A stretch of 63,190 nt of DNA, filler included, from Octopus bimaculoides (GCF_001194135.2; 8 parts of 8 records of this genome joined end to end with filler, not necessarily neighbours in it), one strand, 5' to 3'. Positions 25,690 through 37,875 are shown, numbered from the whole stretch's first letter. Program-made: numbers and translations. The notes: generated by a model from the sequence alone, not told the origin.

Positions 25690-27640
25690 AAGTGCTGCTT
25701 TCTGCACGGAAACGGTTCCGTCTGTAGAACATTCCGTGCTTAGAGAGCGAGGAACGTAACGGTTGTAGCGGAAGATAGAGAGGCGGTTTCGTTTTGAGAA
25801 ATTATGCAGTATTATCATCCCTTACGAAGCGCAAGGGTCGCCATATTAGAGACACATGTCCAATCGAGAGAAATCTTTAGGCCTGTGAGTCTGCGTTTGT
25901 TTCTGGTGAGAAAAATTGTAGCAATTAATCGGATGATCATCTTTCTGATGTGATTTGGAACATGGGTGTCAAAGTCGTCGAACTTTGTTGGCAGGATCGA
26001 CGCATTAACCAGATCTTGCTGGACAAAGTATAACCAACAGCAGATCCTCGTTTGATAACCCGACTACATCATCCTATATGATTTATCTCAAATCCTTCAT
26101 CGTTTGCAGGAGTCACATCTTTCTGAATTTGATGTAGACTTTCCGCTTGTCAAAAAATCGTGAAGTCGCAGATAATGTCCGACCATATATTTTCCCCAAA
26201 CCACTTAAAGTTTTGTGTTTCTCTTTATTCCATGACTCACTTTGTTATCCACAACATCAGTATGTCGCATTTTCCCCCCAGATGTCTCTAGCTGTAAGTT
26301 TATCTTCCTTATCAATTGCTTTCATAGCTGTTTGAAAATGTTTTTTCAGGCAATGTCATGAAGTTAACAATCAAATTTTGATTCAACAGAGAAGTTGTAT
26401 TCTTGGGGATGTATTCACACATTATCATAAAACTCATTTACGTTGACTGAGTCACTTTGTACATCGTCCAAAAGGAGCAATACTTTTCTGGGAGTATTAA
26501 GTCTGGTACTGTTCCTCTCTGTGGAGGCACGTAGCTTAGTGGTTAGGGTGTCAGCATCATGATCGTAAGATTGTGGTTTCGATTCCTGGACCGGGCGACG
26601 CGTTGTGTTCTTGAGCAAAACACTTCATTTCACGTTGCTCCAGTCCACTCAGCTGGCAAAAATGAGTCACGCTGCGATGGACTGGCGTCCCGTCCAGCTG
26701 GGGAGCACATACGCCATTGAAACTTGGAGACCGGGCCCATGAGCCTGGCTAGGCTTTAAAAGAGCACATTTATTTTGTTTTTTACTGTGCCTCTCTACAG
26801 CAAGACAAAAAGATTTGGAAACCATTCTCTGAAAAGACTCTTAGTCACCCACCAAATGCCAAAATCAGATGTAAATTAAATTTGGCAAAACCCTTAGAGT
26901 TTCGGAATAATACACGAGTTTCATATCAGCAGCATCATCTCCATCGTGAAGAAGCGTCGAACGATTTTTTGGAAGATCTATATCCTGGTGTTCATTTTTC
27001 TTCTCGAGAAATAAAAATTCTTGCAGGCATGAACTTCTAGAAATGTGCAGCTTCATAAACATTGCTCTGGTGTGTTGCTTCTTCCAGCCATCATTTTTAT
27101 AAGATGCTCAGGATAATTACCAGCCTCCTCCGTGTCACCAATCATTTTTAAGTTGTGAAAATTCAAGCTCTTCTTAAACCTTTTTTGTCAGACTTTACTG
27201 TCCAGAAAATATTTTGTCTTTAGAAGTTTCATCGTCCTTTTTCTGGAAGTCGTCATATAAACTTTAGACTATCTTTTATTAATTACCATCGTATTCATCG
27301 GTGCAGTTGTTCCGCTCTCATCCTCGATCCATTCGCTCAAGAGCCGTCCCATTTTAAGCATCACATTACATTAAATCTATAACAAAATAATGGAATAATT
27401 TCTTGAGTTCTTGACTTAATTTTCCCTTTATTGTCATGGATTGTTCCTTCTGTAGATGTTTCATGCGTCAATCTGTTGGCAAAGACGATTTTCCCCCCCG
27501 TTCGAAGCTTTTTTTAAAACATCAAGTTTAATGGCCATTGCAATCAGTTTGCGGTTCCTTTATGTCTAAATGCCTTCAATTCCACTTGATGGCTTCTTCT
27601 CAGACAACTTCAGTCGTTGGTAAATCCAACAAAGGTGGCG
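25690..27640 (-). mobile_element. decayed pogo/Tigger-like DNA transposon (transposase pseudogene) split by a SINE
   Basis: frameshifted fragments RKLIAMAIKLDVLK (N-terminal HTH), KMGRLLSEWIED (CENP-B-like), FKKSLNFHNLKMIGD, PRKVLLLLDD (DDE), ENIWSDIICDFTIF. Confidence 0.85.
26521..26782 (+). mobile_element. full-length SINE family A with target-site duplication
   Basis: A-box TAGCTTAGTGG, B-box GTTTCGATTCC; TSD TACTGTTCCTCTCT (26507-26520) / TACTGTGCCTCTCT (26783-26796). Confidence 0.9.
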
Positions 27641-27749
27641 ATCTGCAATTATCTACAACACATACATACATACATACATACATACATGCATACATACATG
27701 CATGCATGCATGCATACATACATACATACATACATACATACATACATAC

Positions 27750-27885
27750 ATAAGATGGGCTTCTTTCAGTTTCTTTCTACAAAATCCACTCACAAGGTAT
27801 TAGTTGACCCAAGGCTATAGATGATTGCTCGCCCAAGTGGGACTGAACGCGGGGCCATGTGATTGAGTAGCAAACTCCTTACAAT
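27750..27885 (-). mobile_element. SINE family D head
   Basis: GGGCTTCTTTCAGTTT..AAATCCACTCACAAGG. Confidence 0.7.
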
Positions 27886-28394
27886 GCGCGAGAATATATG
27901 ACAAAATTTAAAATTCCACGTGGTAGAACACAGCGCGATAAAAAACAGAAATGGAGAACGCTGTTAAGCAGTGTCTGGTAGAATGCGATGTAGCGAAAGA
28001 GAAGAAGAGATAAAGTAATGTAGTGATTAAGAGACAAACAGAATTATAATATATTTATCACGTCAGAAATCAATATATAAAATATTTATAAAATGATTTT
28101 CCATTAAAAATATTGAAATTATGGTCAATTATATCTGATAACGGAATATCAAACAGATATAAAAATTATAAATCAGAAATTTTGATTGAAGCACGGTTTT
28201 GATTCAAAATTTTAAATCATAACGTTAGTCGTCATCACACAGTCGACGACTAATTAGCTTTTCCTTTCCAACACATATACATATATCAACGTACTTTAAC
28301 GTTTGTTTGTGTTTTTTAATGCTTTAAAACATTAAATATGGTTTCACCTACACAGCTTGTTTAATCATCATATTGATAACATCCAACACATTTA

Positions 28395-28665
28395 TTCAAT
28401 TTGTTAGTCTTACACAGACAGCCGTGTATGCCTACAAATATATAATTTAGTAGATTTAATTAACGCATGGTTCCCAAGCAGTGCGTCGCGAGATGTAGTT
28501 AGGTGCGTCGTAAAAAATATCGATAACGTCCTACATATATTTCATTTGTCAGTTTTACACATACTGCTTGTACGTCTATAAATATATAATTTAGTATACT
28601 TAATTAACGGCTGGTTTCCAAGTCGTGCGTCACGAGATGCAGTAAGATGCATCGTAAAACATAAT
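28395..28665. repeat. diverged tandem duplication (period about 143 bp) with a hAT-like end motif
   Basis: AAATATATAATTTAGTA..TTAATTAACG..TGGTT(C/T)CCAAG..GTGCGTC(G/A)CGAGATG at 28437 and 28580. Confidence 0.75.
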
Positions 28666-28964
28666 CAAATGAAAATAGCAATCTGTGTGTCCTACTTAAT
28701 GTATGTACGTGGTTAACTGACAAGATAATGTGATTTTTTCGTCAGAGATAAAATCTCTTATAGAGGGGCACGAAAAATCATTCCGACATCGATTAGCAAA
28801 AAAACAAGTAGCATTTCGGCCTTTTGAGCCTCGTCAATGACGTGTACGCACAGTCACATGTCAAGAGGAAATCCGTTTCCGATATATTAAAGGCAGTTAT
28901 TAATGCATTCACTGATATTGTGAACAGCAACCAAGTTGAATAAAAACTCGGTTATGTTCATCTG

Positions 28965-29160
28965 TTATATTTGATTTGTTTCAGTAATTACACTGCGGCC
29001 ATGCTGGGGCACTGCCTTGAAGAACCTTTAGTTGGATTAATCGACCCCGTACTCATCTTTTTAAAGCCTGGTATATATTCTATGGGTCTCTTTCGCCGAA
29101 CCGATAAGTTACATAGGCGTAAACACACCAACACCGGTTGTCAAACGGTGGTGGAGGACA
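28965..29160 (-). mobile_element. SINE C/D body
   Basis: CTGCGGCCATGCTGGGGCACTGCC..CACCAACACCGGTTGTCAA. Confidence 0.75.
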
Positions 29161-29236
29161 AACACATACGTAAAAACACACATACATGCACACACATACA
29201 CACACATGCACGCACGCACACACATACATACACTCA

Positions 29237-29324
<88 letters not shown>

Positions 29325-29647
29325 TGGTTTAAAGGCTTACTACAAGTGTTTCAGAGACGGTTTTTTTAAAATAAATAATTCGATTACGTACATCAGGAAA
29401 AAAAGAAAAAAAAGACATTATCTTCAGGTGAATTAAAAGTTTAAAATTTGTTCGAAGAAAAAATGCCAAGATGTGGAGTGCGGAGTGACCGTCTCATTTC
29501 GGCCACAATGAAGAGGAGGGTGAAGAGGTTATACAGATTTCAAAGGCCTTTGGGTTATAAAACAATCAACGGACGATGTCACATCAAATTATTCCTTTAA
29601 AAAGATGACCACACACACACAAACGCACAAACACTCACACTCACATA

Positions 29648-29962
29648 TATTGTATTTCGGGACGGTCATTTTCTTTTTGCCAAATAAACACACACACTAT
29701 ATATTTGTTCTTCACACTACATATTTTCTCAGCATTCATTTATTACTGTACTTATTCTAACTCACATCCATTGTCTGGAAATCTTTCATAACACACCTGT
29801 GACAATGGAAAGTACTGCTGAGGAGGTCACAGATGTGTTACAAAAGCTTTCCAGACAATGGACATCAGTTAGAATAAGAACAATAATAAATGAGTGAAGA
29901 ATGAATATATAGTGCGTGTGTTTATTTGGCAAAAAAACTAACCATCCCGAAATACAACAATA
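29648..29962. mobile_element. palindromic MITE-like element
   Basis: arms of about 140 bp: TGTATTTCGGGACGGT..GCCAAATAAACAC..CCATTGTCTGGAAA..CTGTGAC vs GTCACAG..TTTCCAGACAATGG..GTGTTTATTTGGC..ACCATCCCGAAATACA. Confidence 0.8.
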
Positions 29963-30275
29963 TATATATATATATANNNNNNNNNNNNNNNNNNNNNNNN
30001 NNNNNNNNNNNNNNNNNNNNNNNNNNNNNNNNNNNNNNNNNNNNNNNNNNNNNNNNNNNNNNNNNNNNNNNNNNNNNNNNNNNNNNNNNNNNNNNNNNNN
30101 NNNNNNNNNNNNNNNNNNNNNNNNNNNNNNNNNNNNNNNNNNNNNNNNNNNNNNNNNNNNNNNNNNNNNNNNNNNNNNNNNNNNNNNNNNNNNNNNNNNN
30201 NNNNNNNNNNNNNNNNNNNNNNNNNNNNNNNNNNNNNTGGTGGTGGTGGTGGTGGTGGGGAACAAACACACACAA

Positions 30276-30306
<31 letters not shown>

Positions 30307-30313
30307 CATATAT

Positions 30314-30560
30314 ACGACGGGCTTCTTTCAGTTTCTGTCTACCAAATCCACTCACAAGGCTTTGGTCGGCCCGAGGCTATACATGCATACATACATACAT
30401 ATACACGACGGGCTTCTTTCAGGTTCCGTCAACCAAATCGACTGACAAAACTTTGGTTAGCCGGAAGCTATAGGAGTAGGCACTTATCAAAGAAGACATT
30501 TGCCACGCACTGGAAGTGAACCCGGAACAATGTAGTTGGGAAACAGACTTCTACACCTGT
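30314..30560 (-). mobile_element. SINE D head, partially duplicated
   Basis: ACGACGGGCTTCTTTCAG at both 30314 and 30405. Confidence 0.75.
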
Positions 30561-31344
30561 GGAATGTGCAGCGACCATCCTGGTTTAGAACAGCAATGAA
30601 ATGACTTTATCTAAAACTATGCTAAATTCAGTCTGGTTTCGTTTTCTTTTGTTTTCACACAAAAACAATCACAAATTTATCCATTTCACATTCTAATGCA
30701 TATGTAACATTTCTAAATTCTGCAGTGAAAGATAAGGGCCAAAAATATGTACGTCGCGCTATTGCTCTCTGTCTTGCTATTATTACCATCTGTTGGTTAA
30801 TTAACTTATCAGAATAGAATGGTGACGTCATCACGAATTTGGCGCCGATCAAGTACAAAACACGACGTGTCACATGAGCGTCTATAAGTGGACAAATGAT
30901 TTGAAATAAAGTCAAATTGTTATAATTGGGGACAAATGTTTAACATTTGTAGACATGAATTTAAATCTAAATATGCACAGCGGAAGGTGAAATCTCGCCT
31001 CTGCTGCCATTGTATGCAATAATTTCAAATATTTATGTTTCGTTTTCACTGCTTGTCATTCACTGCTGTTAATGCTATAATTTCTAATACAATTGTTTTG
31101 TTTTTTTCTTTTAGAATTGTGCAAATAGCATCTCAGAGAAGTTGTCCAAGAGAAGAGCTTGATAATAATTGCGTGTAGGAGAAAAGCATTAAATTTCATT
31201 TTTGCATTTCCTTTGCAAGATTCTTGATAAGAACTCGTGGATTGAAACAGATTTTGTTGCATCTCAGGAGGGTCATTATGCCAATAATAAACACACGCAC
31301 CGGTTCTATTTCCCTTCTTTTCTTTTATTTTTATCACTATTTTA

Positions 31345-31560
31345 TTAAGGTGATGAGCTGACAGAATCTTTAGCAGTCCGGACAAAATGCTAAGCGGTGT
31401 TTAGTTCGTCCTTACGTTCTGAGTTCAAATTCTGTCGAGGTCGACTTTGCCTTTCATCCTTTTGGGATCGATAGAATAAATAAATATCAGCTGAGTGCTG
31501 TGGTCAATGAAATTGACTTACTTTCTTCCCCCAAAGCGTTTTGCCAAAATTTAAAACCAA
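31345..31560 (+). mobile_element. SINE family B
   Basis: GAGCTGACAGAATC..GAGTTCAAATTC..GAGGTCGACTTTGCCTTTCATCC. Confidence 0.8.
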
Positions 31561-31582
31561 TATTATTAATCAATTTGTTGAC

Positions 31583-31764
31583 CATTTAATCAATTAACTT
31601 AATCGATTGTTCAATTAGTCGTTCGGTCAATCGATCGATCAGCTAGAATTGTGAAGGACGCGAATAGACGAAAGGACTTTGACAAAGCTAACTGATTGAT
31701 TGTCCGAACGATTAAATAATCGATAAGTCAATTGGTTAAATGATTAACCGATTGACTTATCGAT
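31583..31764. repeat. fold-back with a nested alternative hairpin
   Basis: 31583-31645 complementary to 31685-31742; 21-bp arms 31719-31739 / 31744-31764 around the loop ATGA. Confidence 0.75.
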
Positions 31765-31844
31765 CGTTTTCACTGTTTGGCACAAGGCCAGCAACTTTGA
31801 GAGACGGGATAATTCGATAATTCGAACGCAGGAGAAGTATCTTT

Positions 31845-32028
31845 TCTCTTTTATCTCTTACTTGTTTCAGTCATTAGACTGCGGCCATGCTGGGGCAACG
31901 CCTTGAAGAAATTTTATTCGAATCAATCGAAGCCAGTACTTGATTTTAAAGCCTAGTACTTGTTCTATCAGTCTTTTTACTGAACCGCTAAGTTATGGGG
32001 GCGTAAACATAACAACACCGGTTGTCAA
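31845..32028 (-). mobile_element. SINE C body
   Basis: TACTTGTTTCAGTCATTAGACTGCGGCCATGCTGG. Confidence 0.8.
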
Positions 32029-32327
32029 NNNNNNNNNNNNNNNNNNNNNNNNNNNNNNNNNNNNNNNNNNNNTTAATTAATTAANNNNNNNNNNNNNNNN
32101 NNNNNNNNNNNNNNNNNNNNNNNNNNNNATACATATATATATATATATATATAAATATGTGTAGCAGGAGCATTTCACTAGTGAAAGCACATTGATATAC
32201 GTGTGTATATGTATGGGTGTGTGTGTGTGTGTACATGTGTGTGTGTGTGTACATATGTGTGTGTATGTCTGTATGTATGCATAGATGTATGTATGCTTGT
32301 ATGTATATATATACATATATATATATA

Positions 32328-32676
32328 CCGGCATACCTCAACTTACGTCGCTAATTGGTTCCAAGTCACGTAACTTAACACGAAAAACGACGTAAAACGA
32401 AAAGTCATAGTAATCAACTTTATTAGCTTATTTCTGTTTTAATAAATCGTTTGGACGTATTTTCACGTGTATTTTCTAGGGTTTTCCACTTCAACATTGG
32501 CTTCTAGTTTGTTTGTTTTTTTGCTTCTATTAATCTTTATGCTTTTAATTATGTTTGCTGAGACCGACGTAAAGTTGGATACTTCGACCGAAGCTGACGT
32601 TTATTTTTACCCGTTAATTTCTTTAAAGGAAACGAAAAAGACGTAACGCGAAACAACGTAAGTTGATGTATACCAG
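32328..32676. mobile_element. Tigger/pogo-type MITE
   Basis: 21-bp TIRs CCGGCATACCTCAACTTACGT / ACGTAAGTTGATGTATACCAG (3 mismatches), flanked by TA on both sides. Confidence 0.8.
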
Positions 32677-32947
32677 TACTTAGTAAGCCAGCCTGAAAAC
32701 GCTATCATCCAGAACAGAAAGTATTGCCGCATAATGGAAGTAGTAAGAGGTCAGCTGTACTACTGCTGTACTCTTTTGTCCGATCAATATTCGAGAAATA
32801 CTCGAGGGACATCAAAGTTTAAGTGACAAAATACTGTGAAATGGATGATAATCAACGTTTTATACTTCGTTTTTGTGTCTGGTTTGCAAGATTACGTGAA
32901 TTTTATGTGAATTTGTATGTTGATGCAAAATTTGTTGTGTTTGGGGA

Positions 32948-33218
32948 GAGTCATATTATCTCAATGCTTTGTTATCTAACACACTCACCGGTTCGATTTC
33001 CACTCATTTAAATTTATATTTATATTTTTTCTTCCAAAATTTTCGTTGCTTTTTTGCAACCTTGTGAATGGATGTTGATTCTGTCTGCTATTGCAATATT
33101 TTGGAAGAAAAGTAGTTTTGGAAGGAAAAAGTTTTGGAAGAAACAATATACATAATAAATGTGTGGAAATCGAACCAGTGAGTGTGTTAGATAATAAGGC
33201 ATTGAGACAATATGACTC
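32948..33218. mobile_element. MITE-like element with about 63-bp TIRs
   Basis: GAGTCATATTATCTCAATGCTTTGTTATCTAACACACTCACCGGTTCGATTTCCAC vs its reverse complement at 33156-33218; inner TTCTTCCAAAAT/ATTTTGGAAGAA pair. Confidence 0.8.
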
Positions 33219-33272
33219 CTTCCCCCCCCCCCCCGTCCCCAGATACAGCAACGTATTATACATGCATACGTA

Positions 33273-34045
33273 CATGTGAGGGTTGGCTGAAAAGTTCTTA
33301 TGCTGACCATCGGTGTTGCAGTGCTTGGATCTCATTGGTGAAGAGGCTTTCATCCCATTGGTCAAAAAAAATCAACAGCAAATATGACGTCATCATCACT
33401 GCGCTACTGGTTCTCAGCCAATTGTTTTTTCATGTTGGGGAACAGGCGATAGTCAGATGGGTCCAAACTAGGAGATTAGGGTGAATGATCGACCAGTTAA
33501 AAGCCAGTCATGCACAACAGATTTTGAAAGTAAGGACTTGTGTGCTGGAGCAGCGTCCAGATGAAACATAACCCTTTTTGTCAGTTTTCCTGGGCGTTTA
33601 GTCTTGACAGCCTTTCGTAACCGCCTAAGCCAGTTGGCATAGAACTTTCCATTGATGGTGTGACCCTTTTGAAGGCAGTCAATAAACAATGACTTTTGAA
33701 ACCCAAAAACTGAGGCCATCACCTTCCCTGCAAATGAAACGACTTTGGCCTTCTTTGGAGCAGGTGAGGAAGAGTGCTTCCACTGCATGGATTGTCTCTT
33801 TGTCTCAGGCTCAAAGTGATGAACCCAACTCTCGTCCTGAGTTAGGAAACGTTCAAAGAGACCAGCTGGATCTGCCTCGATATTAGAGTTTCCCGTGATG
33901 TCGTCAGCCTGGAGCGCTTTTAATCAGGTGTCAGAAGACGTGGCGACAACCGAGCAGAAACCTTCTTCATGTCAAGTCCATTGTTCAGAATATTCTCAGC
34001 TCTTTCACGGGATCTGCTAACAGATGTGGTGAGGACGGTATATAT
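33273..34045 (-). mobile_element. mariner (DD34D) transposase pseudogene with 3' TIR; 5' part missing
   Basis: MKKVSARLSPRLL, FLTQDESWVHHFEPETKRQSMQWKH, KVMASVF, FHLDAAPAH, YSPNLAPSDYRLF; TIR-like GAGGGTTGGCTGAAAAGT near 33278. Confidence 0.95.
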
Positions 34046-34920
34046 ATTTGTATCTATAATTTATATATNNNNNNNNNNNNNNNNNNNNNNNNNNNNNNNN
34101 NNNNNNNNNNNNNNNNNNNNNNNNNNNNNNNNNNNNNNNNNNNNNNNNNNNNNNNNNNNNNNNNNNNNNNNNNNNNNNNNNNNNNNNNNNNNNNNNNNNN
34201 NNNNNNNNNNNNNNNNNNNNNNNNNNNNNNNNNNNNNNNNNNNNNNNNNNNNNNNNNNNNNNNNNNNNNNNNNNNNNNNNNNNNNNNNNNNNNNNNNNNN
34301 NNNNNNNNNNNNNNNNNNNNNNNNNNNNNNNNNNNNNNNNNNNNNNNNNNNNNNNNNNNNNNNNNNNNNNNNNNNNNNNNNNNNNNNNNNNNNNNNNNNN
34401 NNNNNNNNNNNNNNNNNNNNNNNNNATGAAGATATACATATGCATACATGCATGTACATACATACATACGCATACTTTCATACACACATACATACATACA
34501 TAAACACACACATACATTCATACACACTCACACACACATACATACACACACATACGCACACACATACATACATATATTCATACACATATACATACATACA
34601 CATAAATACATACATACAAACATACATACATACATACATACACACATACACACATACATACATACAAGTAAACTGTCAGTCTGGTTCAAAGTTTTTTTCT
34701 GGTGTTACGCGTCTGTTTTATCGATTATCGACGCCAGTGAATCATTCCTATAACGAAATTAGTGCTATCTAAGGTAAACATGGCCATATTCTAAATATAA
34801 TTATCACCTCGTGACATAAAACATCACCAGTGGCTGCTGTTTGCTTCCTTCAGTTCCCTTTGTGCTTATCACTGACTGTGCAGTGGGGATGGGGGAGGTT
34901 TTGTCCTTTACATTGGCACT

Positions 34921-34965
<45 letters not shown>

Positions 34966-35179
34966 TCTGTACCTGTGTGCGTGTCTGTGTTCTTGGAGTC
35001 AGAGAAAAATGGACACATACAGTAGGTACTGCAGTGGGTATATTATTATTATTGTTGTTCAGTAGTTTTATTTTTATAACGTGCTTTCACTTCACTACCG
35101 AGCGCAGCTCTNNNNNNNNNNNNNNNNNNNNNNNNNNNNNNNNNNNNNNNNNNNNNNNNNNNNNNNNNNNNNNNNNNNN

Positions 35180-35486
35180 GTTTTGCGTAGAATGTGTGCA
35201 GTACCCAGTAGTGCAATTTTCTGTATGTTATATATATTTGTAAGTCCTGGTGTTTTTGTTATGTATTTGTCTGAATATTTTTTTATTATACCTAAGGCAC
35301 CTACTATGATAGGAATTGTTTCTGTTTTTAGATTCCACATTCGAGTTATCTCTATTTCCAGGTCTTTGTATTTTGAAAGTTTTTCCATTTCTTTTAGAGA
35401 AACGTTGTCATCTGCTGGTATTGAAACATCAATTAGAGGCATTTTTTTTCCTTCATGATCTTTGACAACTATATCTGGTCTATTTG

Positions 35487-35490
<4 letters not shown>
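35180..35490 (-). mobile_element. R4/Dong-type LINE restriction-like endonuclease fragment
   Basis: ANRPDIVVKD..LIDVSIPADDNVSLKEMEKLSKYKDL..PIIVGALG..LLGTAHILRK. Confidence 0.92.
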
Positions 35491-35526
<36 letters not shown>

Positions 35527-35849
35527 ACGGTTCAATATTTGGTAGATTGAGGCAAATTTCTACTGCATCATCTGCTGCACCTCCGTGCTACTGGTATGCA
35601 TGCAGCACTGTGTGTTCTTTTCTGCTGTGGGGTGCATGCAAACTCTTCCCAGCACTGAATTGTGTTAGTTTTTTTATTCTTTCAGGCGTGGTGCAGTCTT
35701 TTGTTATGTTACTGCATGTATTGTGTGTTGAGTGTGTAATACTTTGGTTTTCTAGCTTGCTGGTGGGAGTTTATTTCACTGGGCAAATGTTGTATAGAGA
35801 GTGTCTTGTATTTGTGGGTTGTTTTGTTTCGGTTGTATTATTGGATTGA

Positions 35850-36215
35850 TAGTATCTTGTATAGGATGTTGGCTGTTCCTAACAGGGTCATTTTTTGAAC
35901 AGTGTGTCGTATTGAGGATCCAGGTGTAGCTTCTACATTTTTGTTCATATATTATTTTTATCATGCCCAATGTTCCAATTATTATTGGTATTGTTTTAAC
36001 CTTTATGCCCCACATCTTGAATATTTCAATTTCGAGCTCTTTGTACTTTGACAATTTCTCCACTTCTTTTTTGACGATATTTTGATCAGAAGGGACTGCA
36101 ATGTCTATCAGTAAGCTAGTGTTTTTTTAATCCCCCAATCCTTGACTATTATGTCTGGATGATTAGCTTTTATTTCTTTGTCGGTTTGAACCGGTATATC
36201 CCAGATGATTGTGGC
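35850..36215 (-). mobile_element. second, older R4/Dong-type endonuclease fragment
   Basis: WDIPVQTDKEIKANHPDIIVKD..EKLSKYKELEIEIFKMWGIKVKTIPIIIGTLG. Confidence 0.88.
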
Positions 36216-36279
36216 CTGATCTTTGTCTTGTACCGAATTGTAGAAAACACGATTCTGTATATGCTATTGTTTTGTTGTT

Positions 36280-36510
36280 TGTTCCTTCTTGAGCCATGCA
36301 TGGCTTATAAGGGCCGATCTTCCCGGTTTCATTGGCGTATAGGATCCCCCCACCTGGATGGGACGCCGGTCCGTCGCAGGTGAGCTGCTAGATGCAGGAG
36401 GAAAGAATGAGAGAAAAGTTGTGGCAAAAGAGAGAGCAGAAGTTTGCCATGACACTTCTGCCGGTGCCGCGTAGAGATTAGGTGTTTCGCTCATAAACAC
36501 ACACTTCATG
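36280..36510 (-). mobile_element. SINE family G
   Basis: matches 47480-47735 (GCAGGTGAGCTGCTAGATG.AGGAGGAAAGA). Confidence 0.75.
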
Positions 36511-36519
36511 CGCGCGCGC

Positions 36520-36725
36520 GCATGTTTTCATGTGTCCACCTACCGAGTGACAACCTGTGTTGGTTTGTTTACGTTTCCGTAAACACCAAAAAAAGCAGCA
36601 AGAAGCGACCGATAGAATAAGTATCAAACTTTAAAACAATTCGTTCCGGAGTTGATTTGTTCGACCAAAACCTTTTAAGGCGGTGCACCAGCTTGGCCGT
36701 AATCCAGTGACTGAAACAAGTAAGA
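36520..36725 (+). mobile_element. SINE C body, degenerate
   Basis: GACCGATAGAATAAGTA..CAGTGACTGAAACAAGTAAGAGA. Confidence 0.7.
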
Positions 36726-37540
36726 GATGTAAGATAATTGTAACACCCTCGAAAATGTATCTCTGTAAAATTTCCATGGGGCACTAGACTGCAGTTATGC
36801 CCTTCTGCTCTACCCCCTCTCGCTTTCGGTCATATGTATACCTATGCGTGTGTGTGTGTGTGTGTGTAGTATATTTGTATAAGAGAGTGAGAGAAAGATT
36901 TAAGGAAATTGTCTAACACTTATTTTGAATTTGTGTTTATATTTTGCATGTTAAATGTTTTGAAAATATTGACAGAGTGGAGTGAAAGAGAGAAGAGATA
37001 AGAGGGAAGGGTTAAAGTTAGACAGAGAGGGAGAGCGAGATAGGAGAAAATGTGAGACTTAGTAAGCGGGAAAGGGAACACAAAAAAAGGAGAGAAACGA
37101 AGTATTTCGGACAGAAAGGAAAAAAAAGAGAGAGTCAAGTATTAGTTTAGAAAGATAGATAGATAGATAGATAGAAATAACGAGAAAGGGAGAAACTTTG
37201 TGTGTGTATGTGCGTGCGTGTGAAAGTTGATTTACAAAAGAATAAAGTGAAACAAGATGTATGTAAATGAGAGACAGAGAGAGAGAAGGAAAGAAAAATA
37301 GAAAGAATGAGAGAGAGAAAAAATAAAAGAGAATGAGTGCAGTTGGTGACCAAAGGAAGAAATATTGAGTGGAAAAGAATGAGAGAAGGAAAAAGAAAAA
37401 AGAGATCAAGTAATATATATATATATGGCGCGAGTGGAGTCGGGCATTTTAAAAGACTTTGCGACTGTAACAGAGACGAGACATCCCGCAACAAAGTAAC
37501 AAAACCCCGTCGGCGCCTCTCTTCCTCTCCCCCTTTCCCT

Positions 37541-37875
37541 CTCTGTAAACTTATATACTCCTCCTCTCTCGTTCATATCTTCATTTCTTTTCCCATTCTC
37601 TAAATTAATATTTCCTCCCCTTCTATCATTTATATCTTTATCTCTTTCTCTCCCTCTCTCTAAATTTATATCCCCTCTCGCTCGCATTCATATCTTATTA
37701 TTTCCTCTTTCTCACTCTACAATCTATATTTTCTCCCCCCTCCCTCTCATTCATATCTCGATCTCTCTTTCCCCCTCTTTATCTCTCTTACCTCTCTAAA
37801 AGTGTAATTTCTCCCATTCTCGCTCTATTCCTCTCTAAATTTATACCTCCTCTTCCTTTCATTTATATCTTGTTC
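37541..37875 (+). repeat. cryptic pyrimidine-rich tandem repeat, about 6 units of roughly 40-80 bp
   Basis: recurring CTCT(C)TAAATTTATA...TCAT(T)CATATCT near 37541, 37598, 37657, 37714, 37793 and 37831. Confidence 0.6.
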
